This document shows, piece after piece, positions 27,943 through 41,560 of a DNA stretch of 64,000 bases (positions within the stretch are counted from its first letter, which is position 1; each line of letters starts with the position of its first letter). Source of the stretch: Camelus ferus (Eukaryota); the NCBI RefSeq assembly GCF_009834535.1, contig NC_045698.1, forward strand, positions 15,130,001 to 15,194,000, written 5' to 3'. Both the position numbers and the translations under genes were made by a program. The notes under the pieces are model-generated. The model was not told where the DNA came from. It was given only the letters and a program-made list of their open reading frames with translations, and ran no database searches.

Positions 27943-28954
27943 TATATAAATGTAGACAGAAATAAATACTCCATTGGTCATTTGTATGATCCTTTTTTCC
28001 TTATATAGAATGCCAAATGTCAGATAGGATATTGAGCTGAAGAAAGGACCACCGAATGAGTCAAATAAGTGTATCACAAATCTGTCATCAATTCTGAACA
28101 TTGGATGAAGCAGAAACCTCATTTTTATTTATTATTCTGAGTTTTACCATATCTCAAATCTTGTATAGAATTGCTTTGGATACAGATCACGAATCTCATT
28201 ATTTTTTTTGTTCACATGGTGATTCTGATGTGCTCTGAAGTAAGGCTCTGGCACCACTCTTTCCATCAATTCAATACTCGCATTTTTATATTGGCACATT
28301 TCAGGTAAACAGGGAATGGCAAAGCTCCAAATCCCAATAAGGGTCAATTTTATTTAAAATTATATCATCCTTTGAACTATCAGTGCTGGTAGGTGGGAGA
28401 ATTAGAATCAAAAAGTCAGAATCCTGCTTTGCTCTTTTCCCTGATCACAATCCCCATTTATCTAACTGGTCTGCTATGACGATCTGATGAGATAATTTGA
28501 CAATACTTTGTACATTCTGAATTGTTATTGCTACTTTATTAATATTTCAAAATAATTCTTCCAGTCTGATCTTATTTCATTATTCAACCTCCTATTCCTG
28601 CCAACTATAAAATAAAGCTAAAGGCTATAAAATTTGTTGGCAGAGGGACCCAACATTCAGGACCTGTAAACTTTCCAGATCTAGGACCTGGGGAAAGTCA
28701 CTTTACCTCTGTGAGTCTCAGTTTTCTTGTCTATACAAGAACTATATAACCAAGCCCAGGACTATTATTATGAAATAGTACATTAACTCTGTTGATACAT
28801 AAGTGTGCATAATCAGTAGACAATATTTTTTTAAAAGCTGATAAAGCTGATGAATCCTCTTATGCAGGTTTTAAAATCCTCCTGCCCCACTTTACCTGTG
28901 TGCTTTGTGCCAGTCTCAACCTAAACATAACCAGTGCTATGGATGGACTGGCCT

Positions 28955-29180
28955 TTGTGGTTCTTATTATAACTGCAAGATACCCTTAGCAATAACCGTC
29001 AGGAAACTTTGGAAGAGAAAGGTTTATTACTTACAGGTCCTGGAAATTACATGACACATCTGGGGCCACACAGCGAGGTTACAGGGGGAGAGAGAGAGAA
29101 AGGATTCCATTGGCATTAAGGATGGGGGCCCAGGGTTTCCTGGGTTCACTTTTTACTGGTGAGTTTAAAACATAAGTGTG
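28955..29180 (-). mobile_element. Probable ERV/ERVL LTR fragment
   Basis: aaggtttattacttacaggtcctgg...ggccacacagcgagg pattern typical of a reversed LTR U5/R. Confidence 0.45.
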
Positions 29181-29209
29181 TGTATTTGAAGAGGAAGAGA
29201 CTTGAGCCT

Positions 29210-29725
29210 CTCGCTTGTCTGATTTAGATGACATTTAGATGAGACTTCAGAGTTTAAAGAGTTAATGCTGAAATGAGCTAGACATTGGGGGCTGATGAGC
29301 TGAAATGAATGCATTTTGCATGTGAGAAGGAGATGAGTTTTGCTGAGCCAGGAGCAAAAAGTAATAGACAAAATGTTTGGGTCTCCCAAAGTTTGTATTT
29401 TGAATCCTTAACTCCCAGGGTGACTGCGTTTGGAGATAGGGCCTTTGTGGAGGTGTTAAGGTTAACTGAAGTTATAAGGGTGGAGCCCTAATCTGAAAGG
29501 TTTGGAGTCCTCATAAGAAGAAGAATAGAGACATGTGCTTGCTCTCTCTCAACTGGTACACAGAAGAAAGGCCATGTGTCCTCACAGTGAGAAGGTGGCC
29601 ATCTATAAAAGCCAGGAAGAGGGCTCTCACCAGACACCAACCATGCCAGCACCCTGATCTCAGACTTCCAGCATACAGAACTATGAGAAAATAAATTTAT
29701 GTTGCTTATGCCCTCCAGTCTATGG
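29210..29725 (+). mobile_element. MaLR internal 3' end plus MLT1A-like LTR
   Basis: MLT-int tail gcattttgcatgtgagaaggagatgag...gccaggagcaaaa, then LTR gtttggagatagggcctttg...gggtggagccctaat...accctgatctcagacttccag...agaaaataaattt. Confidence 0.85.
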
Positions 29726-31789
29726 GCATCAAAACATCAAGTTGTGCACATCTTTGGGGCATATTAGGGAGGCTACTCTGCATGCATAGAACAACTGTCT
29801 TCCCCATTGGAATCAGTCTTGTGCTTGGTTCTTAAAATATGTTGTTCATTAATAAATTTAAAAATATCTTTTAAACACTTGCCAAAATCAGTGAAGAAAA
29901 TGAGACTAAGAGCTATAGAAAGGCTCATACTTCAGGAGCACATTTGACAGGACAAAATACAGGGAAACAGGTTAAACCTAAAAATCTAAGCTTGGAAGTG
30001 GACAGATTCCAATCTATTATGAATGCACCAAAGAAAGGAAGACTGTTAAACATTTATTATTGAATAATCATTACATTGCTATTTTAGGATGTTTTGTTAG
30101 TAAAATCAGGTGGGGTCTTTGGATAAGCTGGCATTGCATTAATATTTTCCTCTTTGAAAATGATGAAATAGAACATAAACCCTCACAACTCCAAATGTGG
30201 CTTCTATTCAACTTTGTCAAAGATGTTTTTGACTCATATGATGAGGGAAGCCTCTGTTTTGGAAATAGAATATGAAAGACTTACTGATGGATTGTATGAA
30301 GAGTTCTCAATGAGAAGAATTTAAAAAGACTTGTAGAATTTTCTTATTTGTTTGATTGTTTAATTTTCTATTTGGGCTAAACAAATAAATAGTTACTCTC
30401 TATGATGTAAGAGTTCTGTGTGAACAAATAGCCAAGCTGCACGGACTGTCACATTTCATGTACATTTCTCTTCTCCATCACTACTGCCATTGTTCAAGAA
30501 TTTAATATATCTCTGAGCTATATACCACTTTAGTCACAGACTCAGATGCCTTGGATCCTAATTCTCAATTCTCATGTTATGGTTTTTGTATCAGAAAAGA
30601 TATATGAATTCCAGGTCTAAAAGTTAATAGTTCTGTGAATGGAAAAAGCTATTTAATGTCACTGAAATTTAGTTTCTTTCCATGAGATGGAATAATAATA
30701 ACCACCTTGCAGAGTTGTTAGAAGAGAAAATATATACCAATTCTAATAACTTATATGTATTTGAGGAACTGATTTCCATGGGGAATACAGTTTTTTCAGT
30801 TAAATTATCCATATCTACCTATCTACCCATCTACCCTAACCCTATGCCCATATCTACCCTAAGCCTACATATCCTTCAAGTTTTGCTTTCTTACTTAGAT
30901 TATCTTCAAGATCTCTAATTTGTAGTATTTTCCTTTTTTAATACAGTATTTATTATCCAAATGATTCGATTTGGCATTTCGGCATATGCTTCCCTAGACC
31001 TCTATTTGATTGGAATACAAAGTTACATCCCTGTATTAGGTTGGAGTTCAGTTAGAAGCCAGTCTCTCCCTGTCACAATGTGTAGAGCTTAGTAATGCCT
31101 GATCGTATTTTTGTATTTGTTTACACACTGTTTTCTTAGAGTTGACATGGTATTTTTTTGTTATAAACTTGAATGAATTAGTCTTTCTTCTATATTTATT
31201 GTATTTTAAAAGAGGCATCAATATAGTCTCTTTTGTTCTACATTTTTTAATATAGCCCACGACAAATTCTTTGTAAAATACCTAAAATAATTATTATATA
31301 AACTGCTAACTCTGGTATTTAATCTATAATTTAAAAAAATATATATGATTGTGTATTTGTATGTGTTTGTATTTATAGAATATTTAGAGGGCCTATTGAC
31401 ATAATGCATATATTTATCATACAATATAAAACTAAAAAAAATCCTCTCTAAGTAAATAAGTTTATTATTAATTTTTTCTTGTTGAGATTGAAAATTGTCA
31501 TAATCTATTTATATAACAGTGTGGTGACTGACTAGAAATTGTAATATGCATTTTTTATCAAGATTTACCATGTCTAAGAATTTAAATAAGAAAATAATAG
31601 GATCATTGTGCAAAGCTCTTTATCTTTACATGTCATAAAGGCTTTATATGTTTGCAAAATCTTCAATATAGCAATGAAACTATTGATAATTAGTTAAATA
31701 AAGTAGGGTATATCCATATTATGAAATGCTGGTCAGCCATTAAAGTATATATAGATAAATGTGTATTGATACAATAATAATAATGATAA

Positions 31790-31990
31790 TAATGACACCT
31801 CTTATTTACATAGTGATTGCTATGTAACAGGAAACTTCTAAGGACTTTAATTACAATGACTCATTTAATCCTTACAACAACTGTAGGAGGTAGGACTATT
31901 TATCATCAAGATTATACTGCTTCTAAGAGGACATGTAGAATTCTAATCTTGCGGTTAGAATTCTGTTGCTCCACAGCATTCATGCTTTTT
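31790..31990 (-). mobile_element. MIR fragment
   Basis: ctcatttaatccttacaacaac...aggtaggactatt. Confidence 0.65.
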
Positions 31991-32590
31991 AACCCCTTTG
32001 CTGTACTGGAAAAATACTCACATTGGAGTTATATTTTTGATTAGAAAAAAATAAATAAGCAAATAAATAAGCAAAAGTTAGATTATATGTACACAGAGAG
32101 AGAGAAAGTAAGAAAGAGAAATGAGGGAAAGGAAGGAGGAAAAAGGAAGCAGAGAAAAGGGAGGAGGAGAGAGAAAAAGATACATGATTGCATTTTTTAA
32201 GTTTTTAAACATGTTTGCCAAAAATCAGTGATAGAGACATATGGATGGTAGAATGTACCCTGATTTGTACGTTATATTTATCTGCCTTAGGGAATTTTGG
32301 AAGACTATTTCATTAAGAGCAGCTGGGCCAATTTAAAACCCACAATACACCACGCAGATATGAATGGTTCCAGACAGAGAAGTGGGACAGGATATCCTAG
32401 AAGGGAATCTAACCACAGGATTCAGTAACATTAACTGGTAGCCTGTGATAGTGTTTTTCAAATGCTAGACAGATGCCTAGATTGAATTTCCAGTTCCTCA
32501 GAGAATGTGGCTAAGCAAGCTTTATGTTTGTTTGAAAAGTCAGTTTTTATAGTTTTAAGTCTCTACTTTCTGAGATTTGTTTTACCTCAT

Positions 32591-33451
32591 GGTTATGGGC
32601 AGAACTGTGCCTTCCCAAAATTGATACATTGAAATCCTAACCCCTGGTACCTCAAAACGTAACTGTGATGGTCAGTTTTGCTTGTCAACTTGACTAGGCT
32701 AAGAGACGCTCCCAAGGCTGGTAAAACATGATCTCTGAGCGTGTCTGTGTGTGACTGTGTCCAGAGGAGATCAGCACTTGGATCTTTGAAGTGACTAATG
32801 ATCATCATCTCACCAACACATGCAGGCATCATCCAATCCACCGAGGGCCTGAACAGAGCAAAAAGGTGGAGGAAAGGCAAATTTGCTCTCTGTATGAGCT
32901 GGGAAATCCATCTTCTTCTGCCTTCAACATCAGTGCTCCTGGGTGTTGTGCCTTCAAACTCAGACTAAATTACACAACTAGTGTTCCTGGGTCAAGCTTG
33001 TAGATGGCAGTTCATGGGGCTTCTCAGCTTCCGTAATCACAATGAACCAATCCTCCTTCATTACCTTTTCTGTAAACTTATATTTATACATATAATCCTG
33101 TTGGTTTGGATTATCTGGAGAACCCTGACTATTACAGTAACCCTATTTGGACATCAGGTCTTTAAAGAGGGAATTAAGTTAAAATGAAGCCATTGATGTG
33201 GGGCCCAATCCCAGTATGACTGGTGTCCTAAAACAAGAGAAAGGCACCAGGGAGGTGTACATCCAGGGTAGACCATGGAAAGAGACAAGAGGGCTGCCAT
33301 CTGCAAGCCAAGGAGAGAGGCTTCAAAGAACCCAAACATGCTGGCACTTTGATCTTTCACTTCCAGTTTCCAAAACTGTGAAAAAATAAGTTTCTGTTCT
33401 TTAAGCGACTCTGTGGTATTCTGTTAGGAAAGCCCCTAGCAAAGTAATGAA
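32591..33451 (+). mobile_element. MLT1A/B LTR split by a nested MLT2
   Basis: gttatgggcagaactgtg...gaaatcctaacccctggtacctcaaaac | ctatttggacatcaggtctttaaagagg...ccatctgcaagccaaggagagaggc. TSD CTCAT/CTCAC. Confidence 0.9.
32664..33136 (+). mobile_element. MLT2 (ERVL) solo LTR
   Basis: TGtgatggtcagttttgcttgtcaacttgactaggcta...ctggagaaccctgactattaCA. Perfect GTAAC TSD at 32659-32663 and 33137-33141. Confidence 0.92.
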
Positions 33452-33558
33452 CTCACTAGGGGAGGTAAAGTTACTTGAGGGAGTTTTCCTTCTCCTATGA
33501 ACATGATATTGGACTAAGAACATACTAAAGATACTCGTTGATTCAATTCTGTTCCAGA

Positions 33559-33742
33559 GGCAGAGTTCTCCAAGGGTGAACTCCAGACCAGCATCATCAA
33601 CACGACCTAGAAACTTTTTAGAAATGCACATTTTTGAGCCCCAAAGCTCTGCTGAAACAGAGACTCTGGGGATGGGATAACAGCAGTCCATTTCAGCAAG
33701 CCCTGCAGGTGATCTGATTCCCATTAAAGCTGGGGAACAAGT
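33559..33742. mobile_element. MER5A hAT MITE
   Basis: cagaccagcatcatcaacac...ttagaaatgcacatt...ctgaaacagagactctgggg...caagccctgcaggtgat. Confidence 0.85.
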
Positions 33743-33789
33743 ATTTCAGATGTACTGAACCAGAGACCAGGCAGGTGACATTCATGAGT

Positions 33790-34030
33790 GATGCAGCCAG
33801 GTGTTAAGTCAACAGGACATTTCTGGCATTGTGGCAAACTAGAGAAGGCACACGTCTCCACTGGGGTCACGGCCAGCCAATCCAGCTTGTTAAGTGGAAT
33901 GCTCTTTATTTTTTTATAAGGTAAGCAAGCAGAAGAGATTTGCAGATGGATATTTCATAAATTTTATATGTCAGTAGCCGATTCTAATATGTATTGGCCA
34001 ACCAAATAAAACATATTAGCTGGACAGTTC
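33790..34030. mobile_element. Old hAT-Charlie-like relic
   Basis: gtggcaaactagagaaggcaca...ggccagccaatccagc...gccaaccaaataaaacat. Confidence 0.4.
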
Positions 34031-35925
34031 CTTTCTCTATAAGCTCTAATTAATAATAAGGGAGTTTGGAGGAGGGCAGTGTAAGAGAGGTTTTATTTCC
34101 TTTTATATGTGTCAGATTTCTTGCTACTAGATTCAAAGAGAAGGAAATGAAAATAGATGAAATTGATGAAAATAGCAATTTTTTGGTCTTCGTGGTGATT
34201 TTTGTATATGTTGGACTAGAGACTTTAATTCACTGTATGTATATAACTCCTCGCTCTGAAAATCTCCAGTTTTAGAATTTGTGCTGTTCTTTGTTCAGTG
34301 TTATCATCCCAGGGCAGGGCTTGGATTTTGGTTCATTTACAGACACGGCAGGCATCTCTGTAACAGCATCTCTCAGGTGGACGGAGGTGTGTTTTCAGAG
34401 CCCTTGCTGCACTGAGATGAACTCCCACTGCCATCTGTGACTTGTGTGTGGGGATTTAAAGATGGAGATGTGCTGACCAGGACAGTTTCTTCTTCACTGA
34501 CCATCTGCCACAGGTGCTGGAAACAGTGCCGTAGTGTTTAATCTTCAGATGAAAGGCTGAATTAGCTGCCATGAATTTCTTACTAAATTGTCATTTGAAT
34601 GCCACTTTCTCTGGCAGAACCTAACTTAGTTGTTTGACTGCTTTTGTTTGCTTGTGTAAGGGTTTTGTTTTGTTGGTTTGTTTGGTTTGTTTGTTTTGCA
34701 CCATTTACAAATGAATAGAGAAAGGAAAAAAATCAACATTTTATTAAGTCCTTGATGGTTATAAAGTAGGAACATTTGCAAGTATCATAAACAGCTGGCC
34801 TCTTCCTCTGTCCTCTGCCCCCATCACCACCCCTATTCCCACCCCAGGACAATAGCTGAAAGCTGAAGGATGATGTTTTCTGCCAGCAGCTCTGCCAGAA
34901 ACAGTGATGATTATGGGAAGAGCATGAAATGAAGTCATTTCAAATAAAGGATAAAAAGTACAAGTTATCAACTAAAGCTATAAAAATAATTAACAGAACC
35001 CTAAATATTTAAGCTAGAAGGGTTTAAACATGACAATTTACTTAAATCAGTTAAATCATATACCCAGCTCTTCATTTTGAGAAAACGTGTTTTATTTTAT
35101 AATCTAAGTGATTGATTATATTTGGAAACACAATTGTATTTAACAACAATCTTAAATTAATTAAAGTAGACACAGGGAAAGGAATTGTGATCTTTATTAT
35201 AAAGATGTAAATATTAGCTTAGAGAGGCTAAATCTCAGATCAAAATAAGATAGGGCTAGAATTCAAACTATATCCTGTCTCAATCCAAATATTAAAAATT
35301 CTGCTACTAATAATAGCCCTTTTCCACATAATTGACTCATACTGTTCTTAACACACAAATCCCACAAGTCAGATAACTTTGGATCAACTATAAATTTATT
35401 AACTCATTAATTCATCAGCAGACCCAAGACTCATTCTGCTGTAAACAGTTCTCAACTGATTAGAAGGGAAATCACCCTTCTTTGAATGGTTGATCATTTC
35501 TCCCCTCTTCCAAATTCCAACATTCTTTTTTAACTGTAGCACCTTCCCCTTATTTTCTTCACAGCTCTCAGACTTGGTTGTTAGATACTCTGTTTTATTT
35601 TCAGCAGATTTATTATTGTATATGAGGGTGAGGGTAAGCTTAACATCCTGAGCATGTAGGAAATGAGACAGAAACCAGTCCCTCTATTTAACAGAGCCTC
35701 ATACTGTAACTTCTACAACAAAATCAAACCCTCTGCTCTGAAGTTTGACAGCATGTTTTCTGTGGATTTTTGTCTTTTAAGAAATTACCTTTCTATGACA
35801 TTTGCTGTATTTTCAGTTTCTGTTATTCTCGCAACATCTGTTAACTGGAGTTCAGCATGTGCCAACCTGAAAAAGAAGAATCAATCCAGTTGGATTCCCA
35901 AGGGACTTGAAAATTGGAGAAGGCA

Positions 35926-35990
35926 ACTATATATATATAAGCTTACATATATGTATGTATATGTATATATATACATATATATATATGATA
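35926..35990. repeat. (TA)n/(TATG)n low-complexity repeat
   Basis: Direct reading. Confidence 0.8.
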
Positions 35991-38139
35991 TCATGCTATA
36001 TGGTTAAAGGAAACATCCCTATTCTGTTTCAGATCAAACTTCAAAGAATTAGGTATTTTGTAGTCTAAGATCAGACCTGTGTCTACACAGACATTCAGTG
36101 AAGCTTCATAAAGATGTGCACTTCCTCTAAAATGGCCCCAGTGTTCTCTGAAAGAAAAGAAAAATGAAATCAGCTTGTTACATAATACAGTAACTACAAT
36201 AGATACCTGTTTCCTCACAACTCTTTTTTGGACAAATTTCCATCCAGATACAAGACAGAACTATATAATCAAAGTAACTGATTTTAAAGCTTTTGGGGCA
36301 CCCTACTGCAAATTAATCTCAAGGAAAAGAATCTCTACCACTGCATTCACTTCTCAAGAAGGTAAATTCTGTTTAGGTCAAGCCTACTTTTAAAGCAAAT
36401 AAGCAGCATTTTGTTCTATGTCTTTCTCTTGTTTATGTTTATGTAGTGATGTGACATAGTGTTCTTTGGACTGAAACTTGAAGACAGACTACCTGATCTC
36501 CCAAACTAAATTCACATAGGAGATTCTCATTGTGACTGTGATATGGATTTATTGGCACTTTCAATGGTATGAAATTGGTTGCTTTACCTGCATTCCAACT
36601 GGAATGAAATTGTTTCAGTTATAATGAGATGCTGTGACCAAAAACAAAAACAAAACACTTCATATTATAGGTTAGGCTGACTATACTACTGATCAAAATA
36701 TACTGCTTCCAGAAACTACGGATTGACCCTCCTTAATCCCATCTGCTTTTATAAACTGACATTTGAAAAATGCCTAAAGTTATCGTCATCAGATCTAAAC
36801 CAATCAATCATTAGATCAGTTTTCACACAGATTGCATCAACAGTAAAATCTCAACTGTCCTATCTGCCAACAGTGTTTCTGAGCCCTCATTACTTTTCAC
36901 TCATGGCTATAATTTCCATCTTTACTATTTTCCTTCCAACATTGGCAAAAACACACAAGAATTCTACAGTCTTAAGTTAATTTAAAAAAAAAAAAATCCT
37001 ATAAGGGCATGTTTGTGTATATCAGAGAGAAAGTATGTAGCATAGTGTGACAGTCTCTAATGATGTGATGATCTGGGGGGAACCATCAGTGGATGCAACC
37101 TTATTTGTAATCCTTGGTGCTTTTTAAGTCCATGGAGGGGATCATCACATGGGAATGTACCCCCATACTCATTATCCTCCCTACCTTCTATCCTCTTTTA
37201 GGTCAATCGCACTTACACACCATTCTCATTCCCAGACCCCTCCATTAAGTTAGGAAAATAAAAATGAGGACCTCGTCTGCTGTCTCCTATTTTCACTAGA
37301 TTTCTTACTAATATTGGGATAATTACGTGAATATAGCCCAAAAAGGAAAACTGGACCTTGTTTTCCGTCTCCACAATACTGCAGGATGCATCAGGACTTT
37401 CCATTGCTGAGACAGAAGAACTCTGAAGAGGAAATCAGCCTCTGTAATCAGCAGACTCACATGCTATATATTCTAAACTTTTTATGTCTCAAGCAACAAA
37501 AAGGTCCCTTTATTTCACTTTCCCAGACATAGCGGTAATTGAATAGATCTTCAATGTTTAATCCTCGGGGGGAAAAGAATACTTTCATGTAGCATATATG
37601 GGCTTTTTATGAACAAAATCTGTGATCTTCAAATATAGATTTTCAGTATTCCTTTAAGCAATCTTTTTGAAGTTCACCAATTTATGACTATTCTGACTTC
37701 TCTCTTCTCCTTCAGATCATGAAGTTTCATCTTTCTAAATTAAGGGTCACCAGAGAACACTCATCAGTTCTTAGAAAGGGTTTATGGTTTACTCATGTAG
37801 AAAAGAAGTACCTAGATTTTGATGTTTTAAGAAGTTATATGGCAACCTGAACCTCTGGCTTCTCTCAGTGGAGTCATTATAAAAGGCAAATTCAAATTTA
37901 CAAATTGTGAGCCTTAGCCTTTTGTCCCCACAATTCCTCGCACCCACTTCTCTGCCGAGAAAATGGCCTAGGAGATACAGAACCTTCTCCTTCTTATGGG
38001 AGTATCTCTTACATCCAGGAAACAAAACCAAGGTGGAAACACTGCCTACTGTTTTGGTAGTAGCTTAGTACATTCACCTCCATTTCATCCATTTATTTTG
38101 ATCAGCCTCACTCCCTGTTCAAAATACTGGCTTTACCGG

Positions 38140-38510
38140 ATGTGTTGGTCCTTTGAGGTACTAATTGGGCTGAACTACAGTCCCCAGAACCACCAAACAT
38201 TGATCTTGGTTTTTCTGTGAGCGTATTTTGCAGATATGATTAAATTAAATTAAATTAAAATATATAATCATTAATTTTAAGAAAGGAAGACTATGCTGCA
38301 TAATTCAGATGATCCTGTTTCAGCTAGTTGGAGGGCCTTAAAAGCAGGTCTGAAGCTTCCCTGATTAAAAAATACTGTCTATGGACAATAGCTTCAGCCT
38401 GTGCTCAAGGGTTCTGATCTACCCTCCTGAATATCTGTTCTACAAATTTCAGAGTTGTCTTGCCAGCCCTGACAGTGGCATAAGCCAGTTTCTTGCAATA
38501 GGAAACTAAT
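38140..38510 (+). mobile_element. MLT2-like LTR
   Basis: ctgtgagcgtattttgcagatatgattaa...tagttggagggccttaa...acaaatttcagag...ataagccagtttcttgcaata. Confidence 0.7.
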
Positions 38511-38651
38511 ATGTGTTTTGTTTGTTTGTTTGTTTGTTTGTTTTTTAATAAAAGAAACAGCATTATAATCAACAGGATGAAATCTCTTTTCTTTATAGGG
38601 CTTAAAGTATAGCAGTACAGAAAATATTAAACACCCTTTGCTACCCACACT

Positions 38652-39090
38652 TCTATTAGTTGTCTATTACTGTTTTAACAAATTACCACAGAATTGTGGC
38701 TAAAACCAACAAAAACTTACAGTCTTTCACTTTTGAAGGTAAGAAGTCCAGAAATAGGTCTTACTGAGCTAACATCAGGTTTTCCACATGCTTCTGGAGT
38801 GTCTAGGAGAAAATCAGTTTGCTTGATTTTTCCAGTTCTTACAGGCTTTCTGAGCTCCTTGGCTTGTGGCCCCTTCTTCCATTTTCAAAGCTGGCAGTGT
38901 ACCATCTTCAAATCTTTCTCTTACTATGACTCTTTGCCTTACTCTTCCTTATGAGGCTGCTTGTGATTATACTGGGTCCATCCAGATAATCTAGGATAGT
39001 CTCCCCATTTCAAAGTTAGCTTATTAGCAAACTTAATTCCATCTGCTACCTTAATTCCCCTTTACCATAAAACCTACTGTATTTGAAGCT
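38652..39090 (-). mobile_element. MaLR LTR (MLT1D-like)
   Basis: tattagttgtctattactgttttaacaaattaccaca...ggctaaaaccaac...ccttggcttgtggccccttc...ttagcaaacttaattccatctgc. Confidence 0.85.
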
Positions 39091-39424
39091 TCTTTTCTAT
39101 GAATTAAGAATTCAGATAGGGAAGAGCAGAATGGCTTGTGTCCCTCTACAGCAGCAGAGTCCTTGATGGGGAGAGCTGGAATGGCTGTGAGCAGCTGGGA
39201 TGACTCAACTGGTGTTTTATGTCTGAGACTTAGTTCTCATGGCTGACCAGGTCCTCTGCTTTCCTACATGTCACACTTCTGTCTAGCTTTCCTAAACTTC
39301 CTCACAACACAGTAGTCTTGGGAAAGTAGGATTTTCTATGTGGTGAATGGCGTTCTCCAGATCTAATGCGGAAACTGCCAGGCTTCTTATTTTTAAACTT
39401 AAGTTATTGGATCTGAAACAACAT

Positions 39425-39738
39425 TGTTTAACAGTGCAAACTTCCAAGTAGTGTGGACAAGTAAGTCCTGGAGATCTAATACACAATATAGTGAATATAA
39501 ACAATATGGTACTAGAATAATCAAACTTGATAAGACACTAGATCTTAATTATTCCCATCACAAAAAGAAATAATAATTATGTGATATGATAGAGCTGCTA
39601 ACTATCACTACAATGGCAATCCAGATTACAAAATAAAACTATATCAAATTAACATGCTGTACATCGTAAATTTATATATGTCAAATATATTTCAATTAAA
39701 AATAAATAAATGAATATATTAATAAGTAAATAAATAAA
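39425..39738 (+). mobile_element. L1MA-type 3' end with (TAAA)n tail, inserted in an older MLT1 (about 39100-39920)
   Basis: taagtcctggagatctaatacac...tagatcttaattattcccatcacaaaaag...atcactacaatggcaat...tgtcaaatatatttcaatt. Confidence 0.85.
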
Positions 39739-41213
39739 CTACCAGACCTGAAATTTTCCTAGCATCGCTGTCTTGCATTCTATTAAACAAAGTGCATTAC
39801 AAAGCGATCTCAAATTTAAAAGGAGGTAAAATAGACTTTTCTTTGACTGGGGACAATTGGATTTGAAAACAGGATAGGAAGGAATTGATGGTGGCTGTCT
39901 TTGGTCATGTCTATCACAGATTGCTAAATGTACTTATTTGGCCAATAACTAACCAAAAAGTAAAATTCTTTATATTACCTAAAACTTTTACTAATTGCCT
40001 TGAGTATCACATTAAAGCTATTTTAGAAATTACAAAAATATAAATATTGTTTTCCCAAAGAGATAACAGTGATGAGTAGATAAAGAAGTTATTTTGCATC
40101 ATATACTGGGCATCTGGAAATGATATAACACAATCGGAAAAAGACACTGGGCAGATTCACTCTGAAGAATTTCTTCAAAGAAAATATTTTGAACAAATAT
40201 ATACTGCATTTTATTTAGAAATATATTCTACATATTTTCAGTTGCCAACTTCGTTGGTAAAAATAGTACCTTCAACTCTTTCATCTTTATACAAAAATCA
40301 GTGCCATATTGAAATAGTACAAATGTTTTTATTTTCTATAGAAACTTGTACTTGTGTTAACCTGAACTACATTGATTAATAATCTCTTCAATATTCTTAC
40401 TAAGAAACATACTAAGGTTTCTTTTTCGTTAATAGAAAAAAAAATATTTTATTTATTTTATAATGGGGTAATCTCTAAATTAAAAATATATATACAAATA
40501 TATCTATATAATATAAGATATAATAATAATATAATATATAATATATATATATATCACTTAGAAAATTGAAATATAAGTCACTTGGCCAAAATAGAAAATA
40601 AAGGAGAAAAAGTAAAGTTTTGCAAGTGATTCCTCTCCTTGTCTTCTCTCAGGATTGAACATAAAATGTATAAAAAGGGACACCTACATCTGATGCTCTT
40701 CTGGTTGGTCTCAAATCTACCCTGGCATTTGTTATATGAGCATTTCATCCATCTGAGTGTGATTTTATTGTTGAAGGGTATACATTTTTAATGGAATGTT
40801 AGTTCTAAGAGTAAGACAACTGCTTAACTGGTGTTTATCTAAAGAACAAATATTCTAACATAGGAAAAAAGATACATTTTAATAGACATATTAATAACAG
40901 CATAGCAGTTTCTGTGAGACATAGTCCAAGGAGATTTGAAGAGTGATTTTGACCACTTTTTATTTATTAGCAAAATTTGGAGGCCAATTCTCATATGTGA
41001 TACTATTCTGCATAACTATAGTAACTGTGGATTTATAAATTTTAAAATATAACTTTTAAAACTTTTCTTCTATTTAATAAAACTTAGATATTCTTCCTGC
41101 TATTACATTTTATTTTTAATTAAACACTTAGTTTTTAATTGCATTAAATATTAAATAATAGTATAGGTGATATGAATGTTTCATAGATTTGAAATATGAT
41201 AATATATTCCCTT

Positions 41214-41229
41214 GAGAAAGTACAGTTTT
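41214..41229. repeat. L1 target-site duplication, 3' copy
   Basis: GAGAAAGTACAGTTTT, matching 48393-48406 except for a 2-nt indel. Confidence 0.85.
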
Positions 41230-41245
41230 ATTTTTTTTAACATTT

Positions 41246-41251
41246 TTTATT
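41246..41251 (-). terminator. L1 polyadenylation signal
   Basis: AATAAA on the minus strand just before the A8 tail at 41231-41238. Confidence 0.75.
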
Positions 41252-41518
41252 GATTTATAATCATTTTACAATGTTGTGTCAAATTCCAGTGTTCAGCATA
41301 ATTTTTAAGTTATTCATGGACATATACACACTCATTGTCACATTTTTTTCTCTGTGAGTTATCATAACATTTTGTGTATATTTCCCTGTGCTATACAGTG
41401 TAATCTTGTTTATCTATTCTACAATTTTGAAATCCCAGGCTATCCCTTCCCACCCTCCACCCCCCAGTAACCACAAGTCTGTATTCTCTGTGAGTCTATT
41501 TCTGTCCTGTATTTACGC

Positions 41519-41560
41519 TTTGTTTTTGTTTGTTTGTTTTTGTTTTTGTTTTTGTTTTTT
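41519..41560. repeat. (GTTTTT/GTTT)n microsatellite just after the ORF2 stop
   Basis: Direct reading. Confidence 0.85.

Noticed and set aside
31937..31964. 10-bp hairpin AGAATTCTAA...TTAGAATTCT
   Set aside because: Too short for a pre-miRNA and lies inside a MIR fragment.
33900..33930. Plus-strand TTTTTTTATAAG|GTAAGC recursive-splice-like motif
   Set aside because: The acceptor is AAG rather than YAG, it lies in a probable hAT relic, and it is on the opposite strand to the better candidate.
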